From the NCBI GenBank assembly GCA_963806855.1, contig CAWDYW010000002.1:128001-192000 (forward strand): 64,000 nucleotides of DNA, given 5' to 3'. Every line of letters begins with the position of its first letter. Positions within the stretch are counted from its first letter, which is position 1. Source of the DNA: an uncultured Verrucomicrobiae bacterium. GTDB taxonomy: Bacteria > Chlamydiota > Chlamydiia > Chlamydiales > Rhabdochlamydiaceae. The position numbers were made by a program, and so were the translations under genes. The notes below the pieces were generated by a model that did not search any database, was not told the DNA's origin, and worked only from the letters and a program-made list of their open reading frames with translations. This document shows positions 1 to 9,926 of this stretch, in pieces.

Positions 1-432
1 GCCACCTCCCTCGTCGTGTTCATGGGCTGGATCTCCGAAAGTACCGCCTCCTCCGTCGGCCTGCAACTCTTCTATGGAGGAATGGGCCTCGCCGTTATCG
101 CCGCCTTGATCCAAAAGAAATGGAAAGGACTGTTAGAGATCCCCAATGCGATCCAGATCTTCTCCGATATCCTCTCCTATTTGCGCCTCTATGCCCTTGC
201 GCTAGCCAGCAGCATCATGGCAAGCACCTCGAACGATATGGGGGCAAATGCGGGCCTCGTCGTAGGCTTTGTCATCGTGATCATCGGCCACATCATCAAC
301 CTCTCTTTAGGTACCATGGGAGGAGTCATACATGGGCTCCGTCTGAATTTCATCGAATGGTACCACTATAGCTTTGAAGGGGAGGGGAAAATCTTCAACC
401 CCTTAAGAAAATTACGAATAAAACAGGAGTAA
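1..432 (+). CDS. ntpI: V-type ATP synthase subunit I, C-terminal part (truncated by window edge)
   Basis: Motifs SDILSYLRLYALALA and IHGLRLNFIEWY; directly upstream of subunit K. Confidence 0.95.
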   Translation, partial: ATSLVVFMGWISESTASSVGLQLFYGGMGLAVIAALIQKKWKGLLEIPNAIQIFSDILSYLRLYALALASSIMASTSNDMGANAGLVVGFVIVIIGHIINLSLGTMGGVIHGLRLNFIEWYHYSFEGEGKIFNPLRKLRIKQE

Positions 433-438
433 ATATAT

Positions 439-861
439 ATGGATTATGGAATGGTAGGTCCGGCGCTCGTTCTAGGACTAGGATGCATCGGAAGCTCAAT
501 CGGCTGCGGAATCGCCGGGATGGCCACCCACGCTGTCATGAGCCGCGTCGAAGAGGGGCACGGAAAGTTCATTGGCATGTCGGCGATGCCCTCCTCCCAA
601 TCGGTCTATGGCTTCGTCCTCATGATCCTCATGAAAGGCAAGATCGGCGATGGGAGCCTTGCTCCTATGAATGCGATCGGCATCGGCGCATCGGTCGGTG
701 TAGCGCTCCTTTTCTCCGCGGTCTACCAGGGGATGTGCGCCGCCTCCGGAGTCCAAGCCGCCGCCAAGCAACCCGCAATCTTCGGTAAATGCTTCGCCGC
801 GCTCGGTATCGTCGAGTCGTTCGCCCTCTTCGCCTTCGTCTTCGGCACACTGCTGCTGTAA
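439..861 (+). CDS. ntpK: V-type ATP synthase subunit K (proteolipid)
   Basis: 140 aa, four hydrophobic helices, GIVESFALFAFVF with the conserved Glu; RBS AGGAG upstream. Confidence 0.95.
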   Translation: MDYGMVGPALVLGLGCIGSSIGCGIAGMATHAVMSRVEEGHGKFIGMSAMPSSQSVYGFVLMILMKGKIGDGSLAPMNAIGIGASVGVALLFSAVYQGMCAASGVQAAAKQPAIFGKCFAALGIVESFALFAFVFGTLLL

Positions 862-870
862 CAAAAGAAA

Positions 871-903
871 AAACCACAGAGAGAGAAAACCTCTCTGTGG
901 TTT
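871..903. terminator. Bidirectional intrinsic terminator
   Basis: AAACCACAGAGAG-loop-CTCTCTGTGGTTT hairpin between convergent genes. Confidence 0.85.
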
Positions 904-924
904 ATTGAAGGATGAAAGCTCCTA

Positions 925-1260
925 TTAGGATGAGGGTTTAAGACCTACAGCAGCAGCAAAGATAGCAAAGCCAACTAACACAACCCCTTCAGAAATTGCC
1001 ATATTAATGTATGAGAAATCTTTATTTACTCGTTGCCCTACGAGTGATCCAAAATACCCAGATACCACAAAAGTGACCAAACCATATGGATCGGAGTTAG
1101 GAGTAAGTTGACGAATAACTTCTCTACAAGTCGCAGAAGTTATTGTTGCCGCAGCAGTTGCTCTCGGGTCTTCATACTGAAAAATTCCAGCTAAACTGGT
1201 AGAAAATGCTGTCGTAACGGCTGTTTGAGAAAGAAATTTAGATACTGCAGGAGATAACAT
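925..1260 (-). CDS. Small hydrophobic membrane protein, paralog of 1791-2132
   Basis: ORF track; start placed at MLSPAV by alignment with the paralog. Confidence 0.7.
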   Translation of the reverse strand: MLSPAVSKFLSQTAVTTAFSTSLAGIFQYEDPRATAAATITSATCREVIRQLTPNSDPYGLVTFVVSGYFGSLVGQRVNKDFSYINMAISEGVVLVGFAIFAAAVGLKPSS

Positions 1261-1422
1261 AATACCTTCGGGGTTGAATTTTACCAGTCCAAAATAACAT
1301 CCGCCGTTATTATTTTGCATTCTAAATAACATCCTTGCATGTGACAAAAAATGATTGGAACGATGTAACGATGAAAAATGATAGGAATTTTTTCTTTTTT
1401 TTATCGTTCGTATCATTATATC

Positions 1423-1722
1423 GTTGTCATGAGCCGCGTTGAAGAAGGACACGGAAAGTTCATCGGCATGTCAGCGATGCCCTCTTCCCAATCGGTCTAT
1501 GGCGTTGTCCTCATGAAAGGCAAGATTGCCGACGGGGCCCTTGCTCCTATGAACGCGATCGGTATCGGCGCATCGGTCGGAGTGGCGCTCCTTTTCTCTG
1601 CCGCCTCCGGGATGCAAGCCGCGGCCAAGCAACCTGCAATCTTCGGTAAATGCTTCGCCGCGCTCGGTATCGTCGAGTCGTTCGCACTCTTCGCCTTCGT
1701 CTTCGGCACACTGCTGATGTAA
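1423..1722 (+). pseudogene. ntpK: 5'-truncated second copy of ntpK with two in-frame deletions
   Basis: Matches 532-861; lacks the first ~31 codons; 9-bp and 21-bp internal deletions; mostly synonymous substitutions. Confidence 0.9.
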
Positions 1723-1731
1723 CAAAAGAAA

Positions 1732-1764
1732 AAACCACAGAGAGATGAAAACCTCTCCGCGGTT
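1732..1764. terminator. Duplicated, diverged copy of the ntpK terminator
   Basis: AACCACAGAGAG...CCTCTCCGCGGTT. Confidence 0.65.
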
Positions 1765-1790
1765 AATAAATTAAAGGATGAAAGCTCCTA

Positions 1791-2132
1791 TTAGGATGAG
1801 GGTTTATAACCTAAAGCAGCAGCAAACAAGGCAAAGCCAAATAAGACAACTCCATGAGAAATTCCCAGCTTAATAATCGAGAAATCTTTATTTACTCGTT
1901 GCCCTACTAGTGATGCAAAATACCCACCTACTACAAAAGTGACCAAACCTCGCACAATGGGATCGCCTTTTGGATAAAATTGGAGAATAACTTCATCACA
2001 AGTTGCAAAAGTTATAGTTGCGGCAGCAGTGGCTTTCGGGTCTTCATACTGAAAAATCCCAGCTAAACTGGTAGAAAATGCTGTCATAACAGCTGTATTA
2101 GAAAGAAAATTTGATACTGCAGGAGTTAACAT
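1791..2132 (-). CDS. Small hydrophobic membrane protein, paralog of 925-1260
   Basis: Shared blocks TAFSTSLAGIFQYEDP and SLVGQRVNKDFS. Confidence 0.7.
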   Translation of the reverse strand: MLTPAVSNFLSNTAVMTAFSTSLAGIFQYEDPKATAAATITFATCDEVILQFYPKGDPIVRGLVTFVVGGYFASLVGQRVNKDFSIIKLGISHGVVLFGFALFAAALGYKPSS

Positions 2133-2432
2133 AATACCTTCGGGGTTGGATTTTATCATTTCAAAATACCATCCTCTGTTCTTATTTTGCTATTCTAAAA
2201 GGTAACCTGATGACCGTTGAAAGTTGGAGATCTGCCAATTTTCAATTATCGCCAGTATAGGGCTTATCGTCTACAAGTTCTTTATTTTCAATTAGTTGCA
2301 ATTTTTATAGCCATTTGAGCTTAAGCTATTTACCTCGAGACTCTTGCGAATAAATAATTGGTTTATATTAGTATTGAAATTAAATTAAAATTTGATTATA
2401 ATAAAGATATAATAAAAGAGGTAATTAATAAA

Positions 2433-3344
2433 ATGAGTAGCGTTCAAACAAGCGCGATATTAGGGCAGCAGCCAAAGATTACGGGTTCTGCTGAAGCTTT
2501 TCCAGTCGGTAATTTGCCAGATGAGCTGATAGCGGAGATCGTAAAGAAACTGGATTTTCCCACTCTGGAACGACTCGAAAAAACAGATGAATTCTGGGCT
2601 AATTATACAGTAGATGAGTGGAGATCTATAGCAAAGCAAATAGGCTGCCCACCTTATGGGGATCCCAAAGCCCAAGTTTTTGGCTTTATTAAGGATTTGC
2701 GCGAAAAAATCAATAATTGTCCTGAAAATAAACCAGACGATATTACTAAAATCTTAGAAAAACCAACGGAAACTCTTACGATCCCTGAGATCAATCTTCT
2801 TCAAGACTGCCTTAAGGCTCGGGATACTTTAGTTGTTTGGGCTCAATTGGCGGTCGCGATCGGCGGACAAATACCTAATCGCAACTTCGCTGATTCAAGC
2901 GCAGTAATCGATGAAGCAAAAAAATTCAGCGGTTGGATTACAGAACATCAAGAACAGCTCTTTCAGTTGACTAATCTGGATCTAAGCGGCATGCATCTCA
3001 CCTCATTGCCGCCTGAGATCGGCAAACTCACTGGGCTGGAAAGGCTCTTTCTACAGATAAATAGTCTCACCGCTTTGCCCCCAGAGTTTTCAGAGCTCAA
3101 ACAGCTCAAGGAGCTCAATCTTTCAGAAAATCAATTCATCCGAACACCTGAAGAGATCTGCGAAGAGCTCCCTATGCTGCAGCAGATTAATCTTTCTAAC
3201 AATCCATTTCCTCAATTGATGCTTGAAAGGAGTTTTAATGATCAGATCGCTTCTCTTAAAAGTAACACTAAAAAAGTCGCTGTTGCAACCGTCGCTACCG
3301 TCGCCGCCGCCGCCTCTATAGGATTGTACTTTGGGTTTCTTTAA
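2433..3344 (+). CDS. F-box plus leucine-rich-repeat protein with C-terminal membrane anchor (putative effector)
   Basis: NLPDELIAEIVKKLD F-box; LRRs LTNLDLSGMHLTSLPPEIGKL and following; hydrophobic C-tail; ATG after GAGG RBS. Confidence 0.85.
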   Translation: MSSVQTSAILGQQPKITGSAEAFPVGNLPDELIAEIVKKLDFPTLERLEKTDEFWANYTVDEWRSIAKQIGCPPYGDPKAQVFGFIKDLREKINNCPENKPDDITKILEKPTETLTIPEINLLQDCLKARDTLVVWAQLAVAIGGQIPNRNFADSSAVIDEAKKFSGWITEHQEQLFQLTNLDLSGMHLTSLPPEIGKLTGLERLFLQINSLTALPPEFSELKQLKELNLSENQFIRTPEEICEELPMLQQINLSNNPFPQLMLERSFNDQIASLKSNTKKVAVATVATVAAAASIGLYFGFL

Positions 3345-3655
3345 AGATGTTTTAGCTCGATCCGCACTTTCAGCAGCTGCTTGATGATTTTCTCAAAAGC
3401 CTCTCTTCCTGGTTTCTGCTCATATTTGTCGATCCCTTCCGAGATGTGGCGGAGCATGTTGACGAGTCGATCGTCATTGATGTCGCTTGAGCAGTTGTGG
3501 ATCCGCGCCTGAATTTCCCGGAGCTTTTCGAGGTTGGGCACTTTTTCTGATAGGGCAGACTCTAGGTCGGCCAAAGCGGAAATGAGCTTTTTTCCTCCTC
3601 GTTTTGGCTGCTGAGGAAAGGGGCGGACATGGTAAGGATCATGTGGATGTTCCAT
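3341..3655 (-). CDS. Hypothetical helical protein
   Basis: 104-aa ORF with GAAGGAG RBS. Confidence 0.7.
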   Translation of the reverse strand: MEHPHDPYHVRPFPQQPKRGGKKLISALADLESALSEKVPNLEKLREIQARIHNCSSDINDDRLVNMLRHISEGIDKYEQKPGREAFEKIIKQLLKVRIELKHL

Positions 3656-3686
3656 TTATTTTCTCCTTCGTGTATCCCTTTCATAT

Positions 3687-6275
3687 ATGCAATTGCCATT
3701 TTGGACACAATCTGTTTCAGAAATTTCTGCTCATTTGATCACCGATCTCAAAACCGGGCTCACGCAGGCGGAGGCTAAAGCTCGTCTTGAGAGATTGGGT
3801 CTCAATGTCCTGCCGAAAAAGGGGAGGGCGGTCTGGTGGAAGCTTCTTTTGAGTCAATTTTCGAGCATTATCATTTGGCTGCTGATCGGAGCGGCGGTTG
3901 TCGCTGGGTTACTTGGCGAGGTGGTCGATGCCTGGGCGATTTTGGCGATCGTCATCCTCAATGCCCTATTGGGCTTTTTCCAAGAATACCGGGCGGAGCG
4001 CTCTTTGGAGGCTCTGCAAGAGCTGGCGGCGCCGCTGTCGAAGGCGGTGCGCGATGGGATTTTGCAGATGATCCCGTCCGAGCAGATCGTCCCCGGGGAT
4101 ATTATCCTTTTAGAGGCAGGCGACCTTGTACCGGCTGATGGACGGGTGATAGCCAAGTCGCATCTCTCGACCGATGAGTCTTCATTGACAGGGGAGTCGG
4201 TTCCAGTTGCCAAAACAGATCAGGTGCTCCAAGGGGATCGGTTGCTGGCCGACCGGAAGAATATGGTCTTTATGGGAACGACGGTCGCCTCGGGCAAAGG
4301 GCATGTGATGATTGTCCAAACGGGCATTGAAACTGAGATCGGGATAATCGCCTCTGAGCTGCTGACTGCAAAGAAAGAGACCACCCCCTTGCAGAAACGC
4401 TTGGATGAGCTTGGAAAAAGGCTGGTCTACCTCTGTTTGGTGATTGTGGCGATCGTTTTTGCAGTCGGGGTGCTGCGGGGCAGCGGGGTGGTCGACATGC
4501 TCCTCATTGCGCTCAGTTTGGCAGTCGCCGCCATTCCGGAAGGGCTGCCGGCGGCGGTGACGATTGCGCTATCGATTGGCGTACGGAGAATGGCCAAGCA
4601 AAATGCGCTCATCAGACGCCTCTCATCTGTCGAAACGCTCGGATCGGCCAATATCATCTTCACTGACAAGACCGGCACGCTGACCCAAAATGAGATGACG
4701 GTCCGCTCTATTTGGGTCGACAGAAAATTTATCGGGGTCACTGGCTCAGGGTATGCTCCCATTGGGGAATTTGAAGGGGAGGCCAAAGATCTAGAATGGG
4801 CTCTTTCGATCGGTGTTTTATGCAACAACGCCAATATTCTTCAAAAAGAGGGCAAATGGACAGTGGCAGGTGACCCGACTGAGGGGGCTCTTTTAACTGC
4901 CGCAAAAAAATTAGGATTGGCGCCAGACTGGAACTTTTGCGAAGAGATCCCGTTTGATTCTGACCGGAAGATGATGAGTGTGCTGAGAGAAAAGGATGGA
5001 AAAAAGGTGCTGTTTGTCAAAGGGGCCCCGGACATTCTGCTCTCCCGCTCAAAAAAGTGGCTCGTCGATGGAGAGGAGCTCCCTCTGACCGATCAATCGG
5101 AAATCAGCCGAGCCAATCAGAAACTTGCTTCAAAAGCCTATCGGGTGCTGGGACTGGCCTATCAGACGAACCTGTCAGCGCCACTCGAAGAGGATCTGGT
5201 TTTTGTCGGGCTGGTGGCGATGATCGATCCGCCAAGACCTGAGGCGAAAGAGGCGATTCGAGTCTGTAAAGAGGCTGGCGTGCGGACCGTGATGGTGACC
5301 GGCGATCACAAAGAGACCGCTCAAGCAATTGCCCGAGAACTCGACATGGATCATGGGCTCGTAGTCGATGGCAAAGAGCTCGATCAGATGAGCGATGAAC
5401 AGCTGCATGAGGTTGCCGTTTTTTCACGCATCAGCGCGGCCCACAAATTGCGGATCATCAATGCCTTTGCCGACAAAGTGACGGCGATGACCGGCGATGG
5501 AGTCAACGATGCCCCAGCCATCCATGCGGCGGATATCGGCATTGCGATGGGGATCGCCGGTACCGAGGTGACGAAGCAGAGCGCCGATCTGATCATCCTC
5601 GATGACAATTTTGCCTCCATCGCCCATGCCATCGAGCAGGGGAGGGGGATCTACGACAACATCGTCAAATTTGTCAGCTACTTGCTCTGCTCGAATATTG
5701 CCGAGATTTTGGTCATTTTCATCGTCATGCTGCTCGGATTGAAAGGCGCGGATAGGGGCCCCTTTGTGGCGCTGCTGCCGATTCAGCTGCTCTGGATGAA
5801 CCTGATCACAGATGGCTTCCCCGCAATCAGCTTGGCGATGGATCCGATCGATCCCCTGGCGATGAAAAGACCGCCCAGACCCCGCTCTGAGCATATTCTC
5901 AGCCGCCGCTTTACCCTTTTTCTCATCACGATGAGCCTCATCGTCACCGCGGGGGCAATCGGGGCCTGTTTTTATGGCTATCAAACCAGCGTGGCCCTAG
6001 CGCAGACGATGACCTTCACGACACTGATTGTCCTCGAACTCGTCAAAGTGCAAATGATCCGCTCCCAATACCGAATGAAGCCCTTTTCCAATCCCTACGT
6101 CATCCTGGCGCTAGGCACTTCGTTAATATTGCAGCTAATTGTCCTCTATGTTCCATCGCTTCAAATCGTCTTTGGCACAGTTCCGCTCAGCCTTACCGAT
6201 TGGGGAGTGATCCTCGGAATCGCCCTCTTTTTATGGATCGCGGGAAAAGGGATTACGAAAATTTTTTATAGATAA
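3687..6275 (+). CDS. Cation-transporting P-type ATPase (P2A, Ca2+-type)
   Basis: TGES, IPEGLP, DKTGT, KGAP, DPPR and GDGVND motifs. Confidence 0.95.
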   Translation: MQLPFWTQSVSEISAHLITDLKTGLTQAEAKARLERLGLNVLPKKGRAVWWKLLLSQFSSIIIWLLIGAAVVAGLLGEVVDAWAILAIVILNALLGFFQEYRAERSLEALQELAAPLSKAVRDGILQMIPSEQIVPGDIILLEAGDLVPADGRVIAKSHLSTDESSLTGESVPVAKTDQVLQGDRLLADRKNMVFMGTTVASGKGHVMIVQTGIETEIGIIASELLTAKKETTPLQKRLDELGKRLVYLCLVIVAIVFAVGVLRGSGVVDMLLIALSLAVAAIPEGLPAAVTIALSIGVRRMAKQNALIRRLSSVETLGSANIIFTDKTGTLTQNEMTVRSIWVDRKFIGVTGSGYAPIGEFEGEAKDLEWALSIGVLCNNANILQKEGKWTVAGDPTEGALLTAAKKLGLAPDWNFCEEIPFDSDRKMMSVLREKDGKKVLFVKGAPDILLSRSKKWLVDGEELPLTDQSEISRANQKLASKAYRVLGLAYQTNLSAPLEEDLVFVGLVAMIDPPRPEAKEAIRVCKEAGVRTVMVTGDHKETAQAIARELDMDHGLVVDGKELDQMSDEQLHEVAVFSRISAAHKLRIINAFADKVTAMTGDGVNDAPAIHAADIGIAMGIAGTEVTKQSADLIILDDNFASIAHAIEQGRGIYDNIVKFVSYLLCSNIAEILVIFIVMLLGLKGADRGPFVALLPIQLLWMNLITDGFPAISLAMDPIDPLAMKRPPRPRSEHILSRRFTLFLITMSLIVTAGAIGACFYGYQTSVALAQTMTFTTLIVLELVKVQMIRSQYRMKPFSNPYVILALGTSLILQLIVLYVPSLQIVFGTVPLSLTDWGVILGIALFLWIAGKGITKIFYR

Positions 6276-6351
6276 TTCTATCTAGGTTTATCGCTTGTGC
6301 TTTTCCCTGAATTTAGTTATTATTTCCGTCTCTATAACTAAGGAATAGCCC

Positions 6352-9150
6352 GTGTCGATTAAGTTCAATAGCGAAAAACCCTTTGATTCGCTCGCAATGT
6401 TCAGCAACGCCCAAGCCTATTTGACCGATGAACAAAAGGACAGCTTTGGGTTAGAGGTTAGTCAATTTTTCTCTGAAAAAGGATACATGGATCAGTCTAT
6501 CCCAATTCCTGCAGAATATAGAGAAAGAGTTCTGGATGATTTGGCCATTCTCCTCGGAATCAAAGCGCTCGCCCACCCTGAGAAAATGCGCACCCTGGCC
6601 GCTGTTGAAAAAGTCACAGGTTGTCACTTCTCTGGACTGAACAGAAAATTCCAAGTTTATCCACTTGAAGTGGAGCGCGGCGGGAAGCTTGCTACTCGCT
6701 GGGGTTGGGTGAGTGCAGAGGCTTGTATAGAATCAGTTCTAAAAGAGCCCTCTATCACTCAGAATGCCGAAGGATTTGATCCTAATGGGGCCATCATCCG
6801 TCATGATCAACCTATCCTTACAGAACATGAAACCTATAACAAACAGTTCATCCCAGCGCCTACTCAAAAGTCCTCTACTGAAAGCGTAGCCTTCTCTCGT
6901 TTATTTAATCCTGAACAACCATTTGAATCTATCGCCCGATTTTCTGATCGGTTCGCCATATTGAATCATACCGAGCAAAAGTCAATGGTTGTGACTATTC
7001 GGAACTTCTTCATTTCAAAGGCATTAGAGGGTCAAACAGTCGAATTGCCAGAAAATTATCGAGAACGGTTCAGCAAAGTAGATTTGAAGTTACTAATCGA
7101 TCTTTTACATGATACATTCCCCGATTCAGAAAATAAAGAATTAGAGAAACACAGGTTCATCGCGGCTGTCCAAAAAGTCACTCAACTACAGTTCACCTCT
7201 CTTAAGAAAGAGGACAGAGTCTATCAGACAGTAATGGACTATAAGACTGCCCATTCAGTTGCCCACGACAAGTTCTCGGGGTGGCTAAGACATGGCGATG
7301 TAGCGAGAACATTCACTGCAGAAGAAGAGAACTGCGGCTATGTGAAAGCCCAGCCCATTCATTTAGAGGGGATGACCCCATTACTTGCCCTTACATTGCA
7401 ACAATTCCAATATCGATCCCCTAACCTAGATGCCGTCGAAGTAGCAGGAAAAGTCGAATCTGCAATTGCCTTGTTGTGCCTTGCAAGAGAATATTCGTGG
7501 ACCAAGCTTCGAGGAGAAATTGAGGGCAAGTTGAACTCCGTGGAGAGATCTTCGAAATTCCAGACCTCCGTTGCACGAATGCTCCATCGAAGTGGCGTAC
7601 ATGAAGCGATGAAAGATATTGGTATCGAGATATTAAGACCCGATACGGAGTATCTCTCGGATGAGGCACTCTACCAATTATTGAGATATAATCTTACCTT
7701 TTTAGACAGCTCTAATTTTGATTCCATCATAGGTGTCTCTATTGGAGAGAAAAAACCCAACTTAAAAGCCTTAATCCGCTACAGGAAAGAAATTCAAAAT
7801 GGGGAGCTGTCCAAGCAAATTGATGAGTATATAGTTGATTATTTTGTAAGGCTTACTTTCAATTACGAGTATCTTCAAGATAAAATAAAAAAATTCATTG
7901 CCGATAGAATTGAAAGCGTATTCAGAGCTTCTGAGCCTATTGAATTAGCTGTTCAGTTGGATAAACAACTACAGTCGTATAGTTTTTCAGAAGAAGAGCG
8001 CATTAAGTTAGCTAAATTTTTTGACACACCAGAGGTTCGTCAATTTTTTATAGATGCTAGTAGCAGAGAAAAACTAGATGATTTAATAAATGGTATTGGA
8101 ACTTTCTTTCAGGTATTGCAGCCATCCATTGAACGGTTTATAGAGGCTTCTTGTAACTGGCAAGAGCGTGCTGATTCATGCCCGGTCGAATTTTCTTCAG
8201 CTCTAAATGACTTAATTGGGATAGTCAGCAAGCGGTATCAAGATAAAAAGGCAAGAGTCGAGCAGGTATTAGTTGCCTTTGAGAATTGCTTTGGTAGCCG
8301 CTCCTATGGTGATAATAGAACCCCACTCGAAATGTTTTTTAAAGCACGTTGTAATCCAAATGGGAGATTTGATGAAACTCTTAAATCATACCTTTCCGAA
8401 GTCACTATTGCAGGAAAAAGTGCTAAAATGATTTGTACAATTTTAGCAAGGGAAGATTTCTGCGCATTCCTAGCTGAAAATGATATCCCTCCTTCCGCTC
8501 TTCAGCTATTCGGACAATTTTTAGAAAGTCAATTCACAAGAAATAAAGTTTGCGAATGCATAGAACAGCTGGCAAAATCGCTTTCTTATAAGAAATCACG
8601 ATCGGATCAATTGAGTAACGTAGAGGCATTTTTAAAAGGATGGAAATCTCTGCCAGAAACAACACCTCAAGAAAATGCTTCCTCTTGTTTATTTGTGATT
8701 CATGACCAATATGACCGTGCTAAAGAACTACTCATGAGTCTTTCTTTATTAGAAGACCCGAATATCGTGCATCTTGGTCTTGAGCGCTCTGTTATTGAAA
8801 TGCATATAAATATCTTAGAAAGAGCATGTTTCATCAGGCGATTCCTAGATACTTTTATTGCTGAAGATAAAAGTGACCTTAAGTTTTTTTTCTATCAACG
8901 CATGCCAGATCATAAACACATTTCCAAGTATGATGTTGAGAGCTTTGATAAAGAAGTGCAGAAAATTCCCTTTCAGGATGCTGAAGAGCTCCTGAGCGCT
9001 TTAACTAAGGAAGAAGCCCATACACTATTTGCCGAGTACAATTTCTTGCCGCAAAAAGAGTTCTTTGAGACAAGGCTAAAGGCATACATTGCGACCAAGC
9101 CAATTGAAGTTGCCAAACCTCCCGAGCAGGGTAAAGGCTGGCTCTGGTAA
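6352..9150 (+). CDS. Large hypothetical protein with an internal N-terminal duplication and a possible degenerate BTB domain
   Basis: 932-aa AT-rich ORF; FN.E.PF.S.A.FS...P..YRER occurs twice; ALLCLAREYSWTKLRGEIE is BTB-like. Confidence 0.75.
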   Translation: MSIKFNSEKPFDSLAMFSNAQAYLTDEQKDSFGLEVSQFFSEKGYMDQSIPIPAEYRERVLDDLAILLGIKALAHPEKMRTLAAVEKVTGCHFSGLNRKFQVYPLEVERGGKLATRWGWVSAEACIESVLKEPSITQNAEGFDPNGAIIRHDQPILTEHETYNKQFIPAPTQKSSTESVAFSRLFNPEQPFESIARFSDRFAILNHTEQKSMVVTIRNFFISKALEGQTVELPENYRERFSKVDLKLLIDLLHDTFPDSENKELEKHRFIAAVQKVTQLQFTSLKKEDRVYQTVMDYKTAHSVAHDKFSGWLRHGDVARTFTAEEENCGYVKAQPIHLEGMTPLLALTLQQFQYRSPNLDAVEVAGKVESAIALLCLAREYSWTKLRGEIEGKLNSVERSSKFQTSVARMLHRSGVHEAMKDIGIEILRPDTEYLSDEALYQLLRYNLTFLDSSNFDSIIGVSIGEKKPNLKALIRYRKEIQNGELSKQIDEYIVDYFVRLTFNYEYLQDKIKKFIADRIESVFRASEPIELAVQLDKQLQSYSFSEEERIKLAKFFDTPEVRQFFIDASSREKLDDLINGIGTFFQVLQPSIERFIEASCNWQERADSCPVEFSSALNDLIGIVSKRYQDKKARVEQVLVAFENCFGSRSYGDNRTPLEMFFKARCNPNGRFDETLKSYLSEVTIAGKSAKMICTILAREDFCAFLAENDIPPSALQLFGQFLESQFTRNKVCECIEQLAKSLSYKKSRSDQLSNVEAFLKGWKSLPETTPQENASSCLFVIHDQYDRAKELLMSLSLLEDPNIVHLGLERSVIEMHINILERACFIRRFLDTFIAEDKSDLKFFFYQRMPDHKHISKYDVESFDKEVQKIPFQDAEELLSALTKEEAHTLFAEYNFLPQKEFFETRLKAYIATKPIEVAKPPEQGKGWLW

Positions 9151-9194
9151 ATTATTCCTTAGCAAATTTTCCCCTTTCGTGCAGAATCCAAATT

Positions 9195-9926
9195 ATGCAT
9201 ACCGAAAAGATTCCTTACCTTCAGGGTGAGACAAAATGTCTTGGGTTTTTGGCCTATGACGATCGTGTCAAAGCGAAACGGCCTGCCATTCTTGTGACCC
9301 ATGCCTGGCGCGGGCAAGATGATTTTGCTAGGGCAAAAGCCATTGAATTGGCCGAGCTAGGCTATGTGGCCTTTGCAGTCGATCTTTATGGCAATGGTAT
9401 CTCGGTAACAGATGATGAGGCGGCTCAATATATGGTGCCCCTGTTTCTCGATCGGGCACTTTTGCAGGCCCGCATCGGCGCTGCCTATGAGTGTGCTCGA
9501 AAACTCCCGCCTGTCGATCCAGCGAAGATCGGTGCGATCGGTTTTTGCTTCGGCGGATTGACCGTCTTCGAGCTGCTCCGCTCCGGTGTCGATCTGAAAG
9601 GAGTGGTCTGTTTCCATGGGGTGTTTGCGAATGAGCGTGAGGGGATCAAAGCCAAAACAGTGCCGATCAGTCCCAACGCCAAGGGGAGCTTGCTCATATT
9701 GCAAGGGGAGCAAGATCCGCTCATCACAGTCCTCGATCTGCAAAATGTGCAGAAGGAGATGACCAAAGCGGGGATCGACTGGCAGATTCACCTGTATGGC
9801 AATACGATGCACGCCTTTACCAATCCGGCCGCCAACAACCCGAAAAATGGGGCGATGTATAGCCAGAGAGCGACGCAGAGGGCCTGGCGCTCGATGCAAA
9901 ATTTCTTCGGAGAGGTCTTTAGTTAA
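9195..9926 (+). CDS. Dienelactone hydrolase family protein
   Basis: GFCFGG nucleophile motif; QGEQD and HAFTNP. Confidence 0.93.
   Translation: MHTEKIPYLQGETKCLGFLAYDDRVKAKRPAILVTHAWRGQDDFARAKAIELAELGYVAFAVDLYGNGISVTDDEAAQYMVPLFLDRALLQARIGAAYECARKLPPVDPAKIGAIGFCFGGLTVFELLRSGVDLKGVVCFHGVFANEREGIKAKTVPISPNAKGSLLILQGEQDPLITVLDLQNVQKEMTKAGIDWQIHLYGNTMHAFTNPAANNPKNGAMYSQRATQRAWRSMQNFFGEVFS

Noticed and set aside
925..1452. Extended 175-aa version of the membrane gene and the 1378 start for the ntpK copy
   Set aside because: The extensions run through AT-rich intergenic DNA and are not shared with the paralogs.
9125..9170. Possible P-type ATPase 3' relic (GKG...KLF)
   Set aside because: Similarity too short and not in one frame.
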